Both the position numbers and the translations under genes were made by a program. A DNA stretch of 64,000 nucleotides from assembly GCA_002633005.1 (NCBI GenBank), contig NMRA01000220.1:573337-637336 (forward strand), written 5' to 3'. Shown here piece by piece: positions 26,301-38,800 of the stretch (position 1 is its first letter; each line of letters starts with the position of its first letter). The stretch is from Phoronis australis. Taxonomy: Eukaryota > Animalia > Phoronida. The notes beneath the pieces were generated by a model that was not told the origin of the DNA, did not search any database, and saw only the letters and a program-made list of their open reading frames with translations.

Positions 26301-29300
26301 CCCCATCCCACACAGTGCCACTTGTTGGGGGAGAGTTATCTGCCAGTACTTTTAGCTCAAATTTCTTTACAAGTCTCGCCCCATTCTCCACTTCAATCTG
26401 AAAGAAATAGTCCCTGTTGTGGAGTCCTATATGGGTGTTTCTGGCGACAAGTGGGTTCAAGTCTAGGCTGTACGAGGACATCTCACAACGGCCAATCTTC
26501 GGACAGTAGCAGGCATCACTTCCAGATGGACACGTTTCCTTAAAATTAAAAATACACACCTCGTGATTTTTGAAACAGATCATTCAAAACATCAAAACCT
26601 GATTACCCCATCCTAAAATAATTCTATTCAAAACATATCGTAACATACACTACTACCAACTATGTACATTCAATTCCAACAATAAAATCCGATCAACTAA
26701 TGGAAACGTGGATGTGCTTACATTTACGCCAAGACGTCGAACCAGTACGGCACCCTCTCCATGTTTTGTGTCCCCGCCAGGTGTCACACCAAGTCTGTAG
26801 TACACTCTCCTAACACCACTGTGCTCGTCGCGTGCTCTGAACACCAGTTTCATTTTGTGCAGTTCGTGTGAATCGTGTACGAATACTCGAATGTGTCCAT
26901 CTTTAATAAGCCACATATCCCACAATTCCGGTGGGGAAGAGTCGATGTTCACTACTCGCTGGTCAACAAGCCGGTTTCCCATTATGTCCTCTGCTTGAAT
27001 CCATACCTAAATCACCAAGTAAATAGAAATGCAATCGACCGTCAGTCATATAAGGCCCTTCGTGTTCCATCTAAAAGAATACATATTCTTGTAAAGAGAT
27101 ACTAACTGAAAACACGGTTGTACTTTCTGTTGGACAAATTGGTATTAACTCGCTCATACTCTGTATACAATTTCCAGGAGAATGTTTTACTACACCGGAA
27201 ACAAGTGTACAGAGCATGCGCGCACCTAGCCTTAAATGGAAGGACTAGAATTATTGGGAATGTTGACCTTTTACTAAAACTCACCGGATTCTTTCTGAGC
27301 TATGAGTTTTGCATTCGCTGAATTTTGGTAGTTCCTGAACTTTTGTCTCATTTTTTACATTTTTCCGGAGCTTTTGTTTCGCTGAAGCCGACGTTTTTTG
27401 CCTACTTTGCCCTCGAGTTCCCCTGGGTGCACACACGGTGAGAGCATCAGGGAGTGTGTAGCAAGCTGGCCAACAGAAAGTGCTTTGAATAAGTTAAGGA
27501 AGGGCTGCCAACGAACTACATAGTAAAAACCTCTGCAAGGCATAAGGCAAAGCTTTAGTTTCTGCATTTCAATAGCCAATAAAGCAGGCAACTGTGATTA
27601 TAGAGATTAATTCACCTTGAACGTGTCTCCATCTTTCGGCGTGATAACGGTGGCATTGAGACGAAGTCTTTCATCCAGCCAAGTTGAGATGCTACTCCGG
27701 ATATTGGGTTCCAACGTTGTTGTGTTTCGCGTTCGCAATGGAGTCAGATTTTCTATGTCATACTTGAATGAAACTATTCCTGCAAGGTACAAAACAAACA
27801 AGTAGTCATTTTCACGACTGAATAAGGCTCTTGTATATTGGGGTTTATTTCGAACTCCTTCGCGGTCTTCAAATACATTTATGAGCAGCCAGAGGTGCAT
27901 GTCAACCGTTTAAATAGATGATCCCCATCAGCATCCTTGCGAGTAATTAGAGTAAAAATTAATGTAAGCATGTTACTGATGGATCTGGAGAATCACGAAA
28001 GATCACGTCAAGTAGCGCCCTTGGATTCCAGCCTTCACACGGTCACCAGAAGGCAGATTTGCAGCCTGTAGTGAAGGCGGTAAACAAGAACGAAGTTCAA
28101 ACGAACATCTGAGGAGCAGTCACAAATATTTTATTCTGAATTCGTGATTCCGCTGTCTAACCTGATTGAGTGCGCATTAACTGAAGGCTTTAACTCCAAG
28201 ACCGTGGAAAAAACTAAGCTTAATCTTGGCCCGTTTCTATTCAGGAGCACCAGATATACGGAATCGACTTAATTATGTTACAGTAAACACTTGAGGCATA
28301 ATGACATACAAAACAAGCCATATATTATATGGATTTTCAGAACGACTCCCTTTTCAGTGAAGCATTCGACGAACAATACAATCATTAGAAGACTGGGTAA
28401 TAACAGCAAATTCATGCCGTTGAATGATCTGAGAATACCCTCATGGAAGCAAGTATATGTAATAGTGCTGGTAGCCTTGCTAGTTTTTGTCGACAATCCT
28501 TTCCACCTCATGTCTTTCCGTCAAAACGGTCCCATTGAGTGCCTTTTCGGACATCTGGACAAACGTGATCTGGTTCTATCATATGTCTGGTGAATGGCTC
28601 AATGCAGTGTTTACGTGGTAAGGAAATCCTGCATCGAAAGTGGCAGCAGTAGACAAACACAATTTCTCCAGTTCTCATTCAAGATATTTAATTTTCAAGT
28701 ATTGAAACAAAATCTTGATTGAACGATATTGGACTAGGGGACCAAACATTGTTCTTTAAAAAAACGGCATCCTTTGTTGAAGCTATTCCTCAAATAAGAA
28801 TCGTTGTGACTTACCTCTGAATTTGTTGTAATTATCACGCGGAAAGTTAATATATAGCTCAATAACCGAATCAGGGTTTTTTAGACTCAAAAATCTTCTT
28901 TAGGAAGGTGGTGTCATTAAGTACGTCGTTTGTAATACATGACGATATCTTGCGAAGTCTTGCGTTTTCGCTAGGTTTTTGTGTCTAAGGAATGCACGCC
29001 TGGACTAGGGAGAAACACAGATTTTTTTTCGAAAATTGTGTCAAGTGAAAGTTTCCGAAACAAAGTGAAATGTTGAAACATTATATGGCTTTGTAAAAAA
29101 TTCACCCTCAGGTCTATTCACTTCGCCTCCAAGAACATTCGCAGTCCCAAATGAAAAACCGCATACCGTGAACGTTGTCTGTCCCAGCACGTGACAAACG
29201 TCCTGTCACCTGATCGTAATTGTCATCATAGAGCGTCGGATCAGCTTCGACTGGTCTCAAGGGGGCGTGCTGTCGATGGTAGTCGTTGTAAAAATAGTCT

Positions 29301-32300
29301 TTCCATGACAGCTGAAATTGTAAAACAATAATAAAAACGTCTTTATGACAACAGAGAAATGGCAACATCAAGAGAATTCAATAATTGTACTTCTTATTTC
29401 AGTGGCGGATCTAGGATATCACAAGGGAGAGCAACATCTTGTCTGTAAACATTTGTTCAAAGAACGATTGTAGATGCGCCAAATGGAGGGAGGTCGGGAG
29501 GGGGAAAACCTGGAAATTTTTCGATTTTTCCTCTAAAAATCAAGCATTTCCTTTATTCCCGAAGTATAATCTGAGAAAAAAAGGCAAAAAATGGAGAAAG
29601 TGTCACACAGGAAAAACTACGAGTTTCACAGACTCGAACTCACGGCCTGGCGGATAGGGCGCGCACGCTTTACCACTACACAACCACGATTTCACTCCTT
29701 ATTTGATCCTAGGAGACCTACTTGTTTATAGTCCACAGCGTTTGCGCGCGAAACTTCCATCTTTTTGTAATGTTCATTACATGTTTTATATTTTGTGATA
29801 TCAGCTCGTAACAAATTTGATGTATTTAAAATAGTCTTAAATTGCCCAAAAGACCAAATCCGTTTTTTGTGTTTGCAATGATGACGCGATTGCTTTGGAA
29901 ATCGGTTAGACAAAGAGAGAATTATGAGTTTCTGAGTGATTCACTAAGGGTTCGATTAAAACTGACATCTTACCAGCAGCTTCTGTTTTTTCATCATCAC
30001 TCGGATTCCATTTTCTTTAAAAAATGAAGTAATTTTCTTCATAGCACAGTGCAGCAGACGACGGAAACGGAGTCGTAGTGCCTTGCGCCACTGCTGGTCG
30101 CCTGGGATATCGCGGAGAAGCCTATACTTAGGCATAGTTCCGTTACGATTGCGCCGTGTTCCGAATTTGACACTTGATTTTGGATCTGAGCCCCCCAAAC
30201 ACTAAAACTGCACACATTTAAATATTGTTTCAGCCGTGTAATTTTAATTATCTGTCGGAAGTTAATTAATAAACTCAACATTTCCCGACGTTCTTGTTTT
30301 ATTTTTTTGCGGCAACCAAGGGGGGGGGCTGGCCCCCTGCTCCCCCCTAAATCCGCCGATGTATTTTAACTAGATTAGTAAACCTGAATCACTCGTGCTT
30401 CTAGATGTGACTGAAAATCGTGTATGATATTACTGTAAAATATCAGGATTGACCAATACTTACTTCTATGGCTCCCAGGTGTGTCTGCCAAAGGTAACCA
30501 GAGACTTCAGTGGCCGATGAAAAATAAAATTTCTTCGTGGTATCAATAAGTAGCTTTGAACTCGCATCGTACAGAACGTAAGATCTGGCCTCTCGTACAT
30601 TTAGAGCTACGTCCACAACTGTCAGAACAATTGCGAAGAATTGAGGCTCACTGGTCAAGTTGAAACGCACAGTCGTATTTGAAGGACCCAAGGTGATGGG
30701 TCCAAATCTGACCGGTGTAAACACCATGCCGACAGAAGAAGACGATCGCTCTGTTATATCATAGACGTTGAGGACAAATTCCTTCAGTCCAGATGGATTT
30801 GTACCGAAATCATTCCAACCTGAAAAGTCTAAGTTGATCGTTCCGGTTTTGCGTATTCTGTCTCCAAACGTCATATATTCCGTAAATGAATTACACTTGT
30901 TCGCGCCACTTTCACGTGAGCAGTGAGTGGGCTTAGTGAAATCCATCCGCATACACACAGTCTTTGCACGTGGAACGTCCCTGTTCTTTTGCGTTTTGTA
31001 AAAATTATTGGTATTTGGGTCACCATAATGGGTATATCCACCGGCAACAACTTTGAATTCTGCACATAACCTACGGAAACAAAATTATTTTAGCACCACC
31101 AATTATTCATTAGGTTCATCTGAATGTAGTTATTTGACTTCCAAGTAGATCTCGAGGGGGAGGGGTTGTAAAAAATGATTAGCTACCCGGTTGGGTTAGA
31201 GTTCAACGCAGCGTTACTTAGGGTATGCTGAAACTACGAACTCCTACAGGCAATTGGAATAAATCATAACGAAATCAATCCGAACACAATTCCCTATGGA
31301 TTTCACAGAAAATAAACTGTGACCGATTTCAGTTGGTCACGGATTGAAAAGGTAAAAACAAATTTATCGACTCCTTAGTCAAGTCAACGCCATCAACTGA
31401 ATGTGTATGGAAGCCACTGAAATAGCATTTCGTTCACAAAACAAAACTTGCAACTCGCTCAGGAATTACGAAATTCCCGAATAGATGAGCTGGTTACTTG
31501 GGGTGGTTTATCACGGCGTTGAAGCCTCTCATTGGAGCAAGCATTTAAGTTCATTTAATCTATGACTTCGACATGTACATGTATGATTAGGAACGATAAC
31601 CCACCGCATCAAAATAAAACGAATGGTTTTACATCAAATCACGAACTAAAACAATTGTTTCTAAAGATGGCCTTCCCTGTGCTATCATTTGGAAAATTAT
31701 CTAGCGTGTTTCTATAATACTCCAAATTACGATACGACTTCGATGCATTCAAGACTCGTAATTTATACAACACTAGAAGGGGCAAGAACCGTTCCAAGTG
31801 TTCACAGCAAGCAGTGAATGGAAACTTTTTGAACTTCCAATACGACGTTACGCAATTCCCTTCCGAAATAATTATAAATCCCATTCTGCCATGTTATACA
31901 TTATTTACTATTTGCATTGTACAATGATATTTTAGTATTGATCAAAGTGGATATAAGTTTAAAATTGTGACATTGTCTCGGTTTCATGCCCGTTCCTCTT
32001 TAATCGCATGATGGACAATCTAAATATTTATTTTATTATTCTTCTCATAATTTCAATGTGTACCTTTACCATTGGAATGTGCACTTGTCATGCGTTATCA
32101 AATAAAGTATAAACTCAAATCAAATTAAATTCACAGTTCTGCAACATACCGATAAATTTGTCAAATAACCTTCTTCGAATGTTTGAACAAGGAGAGGGAG
32201 GCAAGTCCAGTGATAGCAATTCTAATTGTACCAACACCTGTATGGAAGTGTCTGTCCTTATAACGAACAATAAACCCTATCGCTACATGAGCGTACATGC

Positions 32301-32804
32301 GCATGTATAAATGAGTGATGTGACAAATTCCTGACAATCGATGAACAATCAACATAAACCAATGACAATAAATGTGGCATCAATTAGCACCTACCTACAT
32401 GTACCTGCACTCAAGACATTTTTACAGGTTCAGTATAGTCGCTTCCCATTGTCCGACACGATATTCATTTGTTTCAAGAAAGTGGAGATACACAAAGACT
32501 CTTTCATGTCCATCGGGAAACAATATACTATCTCATGTTCCAATGCTTACGGCAGTATTAAGCAGTGTGCAACTAACAGGAGCAGTGCGGATAAACCATT
32601 TCTATATTTTTACCTTATTTCCACGTACACACCAGAGTGCAGATTTGAACGTCTAGGGTAGGAAGATGCCACCCGGAACATCTCGGGTATTTTTTTGCTG
32701 CCGACTTTGCAGAATGATGCGATCACTCAATCTCCCATTCAAAAGTCACACGACTTGCCGTATGACTCAAGTCTACACGCACACACACGCACACGCGCAC
32801 GCGC

Positions 32805-32842
<38 letters not shown>

Positions 32843-35800
32843 AACGTTTACCCTTCGAGGGAAAATTTGAGGCAGCGAAAATACCCGAGGTAATAACCAC
32901 AAATGTTCGTGAGGTCAAAACATGACATATGGAGTTGACTAACTATTACCCTGTACTTATCATACGCAATCCAGCACGAACGCAATCGCCCAAGACCATG
33001 TATTTTAGGATTTTTGGTTTCAATGCACTGACAAGACAATAGGTGCGTCTAGAACTACATTCAACGAAAGTCACATATCAACATTTCTTTGGATCATAAG
33101 ATCCTGACCGTCTCACTGTGGACACTGATTGAGTGGGAAGTAGGCCTCTCATGGGGGCTCGTTGGCGTTTTGCTCCGAATAGGAAAACACGAAATGGACT
33201 TAATATGCAAAGGTCTTACTTGTCTCCGTCACTAAATGATGTGTAAGAAAAGTCGTGATCGATGTCGCACTTGATCTGATCTGTGGGTTGTCCAGTTCCG
33301 TCCCCGTATGGTCCTTTTGGTTCACATGTCCCGTCACCCGGCATAGTGTATGTGATGATGTCTACATCTGCACCTGCAATGTTTCTAGCTTTGACTTTAA
33401 GGAATAAACCATAACTGATGGGCAACAATACTTAGAGGAAGTTGGGAATTTGGATGTCATGGTGAATACTGAGGACCTCCAATTCCGCTACACGTGAATT
33501 ATGGACAAGTCCTGTAGCAGATGAGCAGCACATGTACACCAAAGGTTCAAAATACCCTTTGCTACACTGTGCGTGTATGTGTGGGCGTTCCGTGGAGACG
33601 CTATTCGCGCCCATCTTTGAAGCACATTTCAAATCGTTTGCCATTTCAACCGTGTTACTAAAGCGACATTCTGTCCGTGTAATGTTGCATATCAGGTTAC
33701 ATGACGTGAGCAACAGCTATTCCTAAATGTCACAGGCTTATCCACTGTAAACATTCGAACCAACGCGATCTATACCATCAAAACCATAGCAAATGTTAAG
33801 CGATATTAAGCGCACGTGTGTGAAGTGAATTTGCCGCGTTTTCAAATGCTCGAAAACGTCGATTAACGAGCAACGAGCGCCTTTGCAAGAACTTCCAAAC
33901 AGCGCAAGTCAAGAACTTTCTCGCCTTTATTCCATACCAGCCTTTGTTAATATTACATTGTGACTGTTCAGTGATTCCTCGTTACACTATTTCCAACCAC
34001 GTCCCAATTGTTCGAATTTCAGTAACTGCATTGATGTTATTGCTTTCGTTTGCATCACGTAATATCCAACTGACTTTGTTTACAAAAGTTATTTACGAAC
34101 CCTATTCTCGCCTGCTGTCATTGCGAACTCAGTTACTTTAGTTGACATGACATGCATACGTACATGTCAACCAATACGGGAATTACATGTACATGTACGT
34201 ATTTACTGCGTATTTTTGCCGTCTCATTAGTGCTACGGAGTAGCATCGAAATGATGCGTATTTTTTGGTAATTGAGTACTTTTTGCCGATATTTAAACTA
34301 AAGTATTCAAACCTTCGCTTTGGCTTTTACTGCATATCTCTTTGTCAAAATAATCTCATATCACGAGCCTTGCTAAAAATGGCCAAAGGAGTTACCAAGG
34401 TGTACATGTACAACAGTTACCCACAACCATTACATAACTGTAGACATAAGAGCCTCTAATAGGTAAGTATACATGCAATGCATTTTAACACTATACCATA
34501 TTTTGATTCATTGTCGTCAGTGCTATAACTTGCCATGATTTTTTACAAAAACTGCTATGGTTAGAGCAAAAATGGTAGACATCTTTGTGCATATACATGA
34601 ACGAACGATATTTCCCCATATTCAATTCTTGGTTCACTAATTGACGCAGCTTTACTGACGCCAGCGTAAGCTCTCATACCTGCGGGTTTCTTGAACATTT
34701 TCACAGAACTCTTTGTAATTCCGTACTTGAAGTCTCTGACATACGGCAAATTGGTGTATGGTGGGTGCTGGAAGTTTGCCTCTAAGTCTAATTGGAGTTT
34801 CTTGGGAACAAATTTAACCCACTCGTCCCCCTCGGTGTAACATCTGGTGGATCCTGGCACAGTCGGCTGACTTTGTCGCCGTTCACCACTCGGGCTCTTC
34901 ACGGTAAACTTGCACAAGTCCAACTCAGGTATTATTGTCACTGCAATCAGATATTGTATTAAACCAGGTTACTGCAGTCACATATTGTATTAAATCAGTT
35001 TACTAGAATCACATATTGTATTAAATCAGCTTACTGCAATCACATATTGTATTAAATCAGCTTACTGTAATCACATATTGTATTAAACCAGCTTACTAGA
35101 ATCACATATTGTATTAAATCAGTTACTGCAATCACATATTGTATTAAATCAGCTTACTGTAATCACATATTGTATTAAACCAGCTTACTAGAATCACATA
35201 TTGTATTAAATCAGCTTACTGTAATCACATATTGTATTAAACCAGCTTACTAGAATCACATATTGTATTAAATCAGTTACTGCAATCACATATTGTATTA
35301 AATCAGTTACTGCAATCACATATTGTATTAAATCAACTCACTACAATCATACCCAGATCTAATGCCTCTACCCAGATCTAATGCCTCTTACCCAGATCTA
35401 ATGCCTCTACCCAGATCTAATGCCTCTTGGCGCTTTCTGGGTGATGTATATTCATTGTATTCTGAAGATTTCGTAATAAACATTAAAAAAAGATCATACA
35501 GTGTATTTGATCAGCTTACTACAATCACATATTGTATTAAATAAGCTTACTAAAATCACATAGTGTATTTGATCAGCTTACTGCAATCACGTATTGTATT
35601 AAATCAGCTTACCACATTCACATATTGTATTAAATCAGCTTACTAAATCACTTATTGTAGTAAATACATGTAACCTTACTGCTAACGCCTTCAACTACGA
35701 TAATTGAACATTAGGCTCATAAGGTGAACTTTTGAGGACATAACTAACAGGTGGCAAATTAGCTGTTATCAAAACAGGACAGTTGCTCTGTTTTCCAACA

Positions 35801-38800
35801 ATGTTCTGAAATAGCCAACTAGAGCATCGTAAATCGACGATTCACATTGATATATCATAAGAAACTTAACTGCACCTACATGTACTAGTTTGGTACTAGG
35901 ATCCAATAAACACGGGGAAACAACAGTGCGAAGCTAAAATTATTGTAAACTGGCATGTGGTGCCCCATTTGACAACGGTCGTTCACAGCTGTCGCATGGA
36001 TCTGCCACTGGGAATGGAGACATTCGCTTTAAATACTGTATTAGGATTGCAATAATCGACGTGTCGTAAAAACCTTGACTTGATAACTTACACGCTGTCT
36101 TTTTAAACAAGTTCACCAATAAATCGATTGTCGAAGGGCGGTGCAAAATATGTACTCATATCGAAGACAAGAACACTATGCGCACAATTTGTGTCTTTAC
36201 AGGAGGCGCACGAGACCACCACGTCAATACACTCCCGTAAAAATATTTTTTGACAAATTATCCTGTTTTGAACTTAGAGGCATATAGTGTAATTGAAAAT
36301 ATTCCGTGTTTCTGACATTTGTGAACTGAAATTAAGTGCGCACTTCTCAAGTAACTAACGAACAAGGTCAATATTAATACCTTGAAACAACAGTGCAATC
36401 GCCACAATTTGGTCCCTAATCAAAATGAAAATTCTTCAAATGGCATTGCAAACTAGGTAAAACGTGGTAAAAACCGTCATTGCCGTGTAATCAGAATCAG
36501 AATCTACTAACACCTAAAGTAGAAAGATCTGTCAAAATTTATTAGTGCTGCAGTCGTCAGGGTCGCAACTTATTAGCAGATTATGTTGAGGATAGGGGAA
36601 TTTTGCAGCAGTCGACACCACAGAGAACTTTTCTACCTTCTCCCTAAAAGAAGTTTCGTGAATTTTTAAAAATGTGGGAATTCTATATAAAGTAACTGCC
36701 ACCAGGAGACTTAACGGTCGTTTGAACCGCAGCAAATTGTCGGGTGTGGTTTTCAATTGAAAAGAATATGAATGTGTATATGTCACTTGCTTTCCTAGTA
36801 CTGAGTGCGCCTGGCGACAGACATAAGAAGTAAATACGATTCTATTGTATGTATACGTGAGCACGTGAAAACATTAAGATTTCATGTAAACGTTGTCCTC
36901 AACGAACTCAAGGTTTTGTCACCGTACTAGGCTATCGCTAATGGCCGCCTACACACGCTGTTATATACGTGTTTATTGCAGTTGCCTAACCCTAAAATTG
37001 CAGATTGGAAAATGGCGCCCGTACACACTTGTATTGGTGGCTCACTCGACCGGATGAGCTCGGTCATGTTTTTAAACCCTAAGCGTTTCGGTTAATATTT
37101 CAACAGCTACATATGCGAAATGTAGCTTTAAATTTTAACATAACGTACGGTCGCAAACACCACTTCCAGTGTCCGAGAAGCCTGCTGCGCATGCACAAGT
37201 GCTTGGATATCCATTGCTGCATACTCCAGGGAAACAATGATGTCCAACCCAAGAACAGCGAGCTGAAAAAAGTTCCAAAATGAGACGATACATGCAATTT
37301 GTGTCAGGTTTAAAGAAAATTTTTCGTACTTGATAAAGACTAATCAAGCATAATGCGTAAGTAAGCAAATCAGGTCAAAAACAGGACGCTGAAACAAAAT
37401 TTACGAGTTCGGCATCTTAGTATTAAGCCAATTGTCTAAATAGTAACACACCTGTTGTGAACCGTCTACAAACGGAAATCTTCGGGGTACAGCAATTTCC
37501 ATTACACACTCAAAATAAGAGTTGGTCTGTCAACTGGATGACAGTCTGGTAGGCGTAGACATATTAATAATTTGATTTCTGGGGACTAATACCATCTATC
37601 GTATTTACCTATACTTACAAAATAAAATGAAAAAAGGAAAATTTTAAGAGGTGCAAAAACGATGCTCACCTAGCAAAAATCCAAAATTGTATTCATGAAA
37701 CTGTAAAAACTATCCAACCTGGTCTTCAGAGGGAAGTGAAGTTCCTAATACCTAACTACAGTAAGTCGAAACTCTGACCCGGAAGAAAGAAACAAGAAAA
37801 AAACATAAAGGTTTCTCCGTACAAAAAAATAGGTGGCAATTCTCTAGATTTATAAGCTTCACAAATTGACTGTCTCAGAATTACCGACGATAGACAAAAT
37901 TGGTCATTTTGAAAATTGGCAATGCGTGTGTTGCAAACAATTGAAACATGTATGTTCAGATAAATGATGTGAAGGTGCAATGTAATTTTTTATTTGTAAT
38001 AAAAATTATTACGGTTTTAAATCAACTTGACGTGTTTCGGTGTCATTTATTCAAACACCATCATTAGAAGAGAGAATATGGTTGCCACCTAGCTAGACCC
38101 AGCAACAGGTGATGGAACATAAAAAAACAGTTACATGGAGTGACAATAAACAAGACCAACAATGACAACCTGTGGTGTGCCAGTTGCCTATTGAGATTAT
38201 GCTTGCACCAACTGATTTGTAGAGCCTCACGAAATTTTAAGCTCCTTTGTTGCTTCTGTTTCGTCTATTATTGCAAATTCATTGAAAGAGCATTGCTGAT
38301 AACAAAGATTGGAGATCTGTAGATGAATATTTAAATGTGAACCTCAGTCAGAATTTAGATGTTCCCTGGTCCTGGTTTTTAAATGGCGAACAGTTTCGCC
38401 TAAAAACTGGAGCCACATCCAGCACAGATAAAGTTGTACACTACCCTGGACCGTAGACCCACAGGAATTTTGTCCTTAGGGTCAATGCCAATTCACAATA
38501 CAAATACTCATGGTGTATCCAAGATCATTAAATGTAGAGCTCTAATAGGCGCAGCATCACGCATTGGCACATGGGCATACATTGACATTTGTACTGTATA
38601 TTGTAAAGGTAATTTCGTCTCCCTTGATTTTCATGACAATTAGCCAATTCTTTCATTGCCGGTGTGATTTGCATAAAAATGTACTTACGGTCACATTTTG
38701 TCAACGCACTATTAGGCGTAAAAGCACACTTGTGTAGAATGGATTGGTATTGAAGATTGCACTCGAAGCATTTCTTATTACTCGGCCCTTCGTCACATCT

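Noticed and set aside
29625-29690. tRNA gene
   Set aside because: A and B boxes are present but there is no acceptor stem or cloverleaf, so it is more likely a SINE head.
34940-35665. CRISPR-like array of ~30-bp repeats
   Set aside because: The repeats are head-to-tail with no unique spacers, there are no cas genes, and the context is a eukaryotic intron.
35940-36008. Extra Cys-containing exon (ADPCDSCERP)
   Set aside because: It runs into a stop without a good donor, and exons 5 and 6 join in phase without it.
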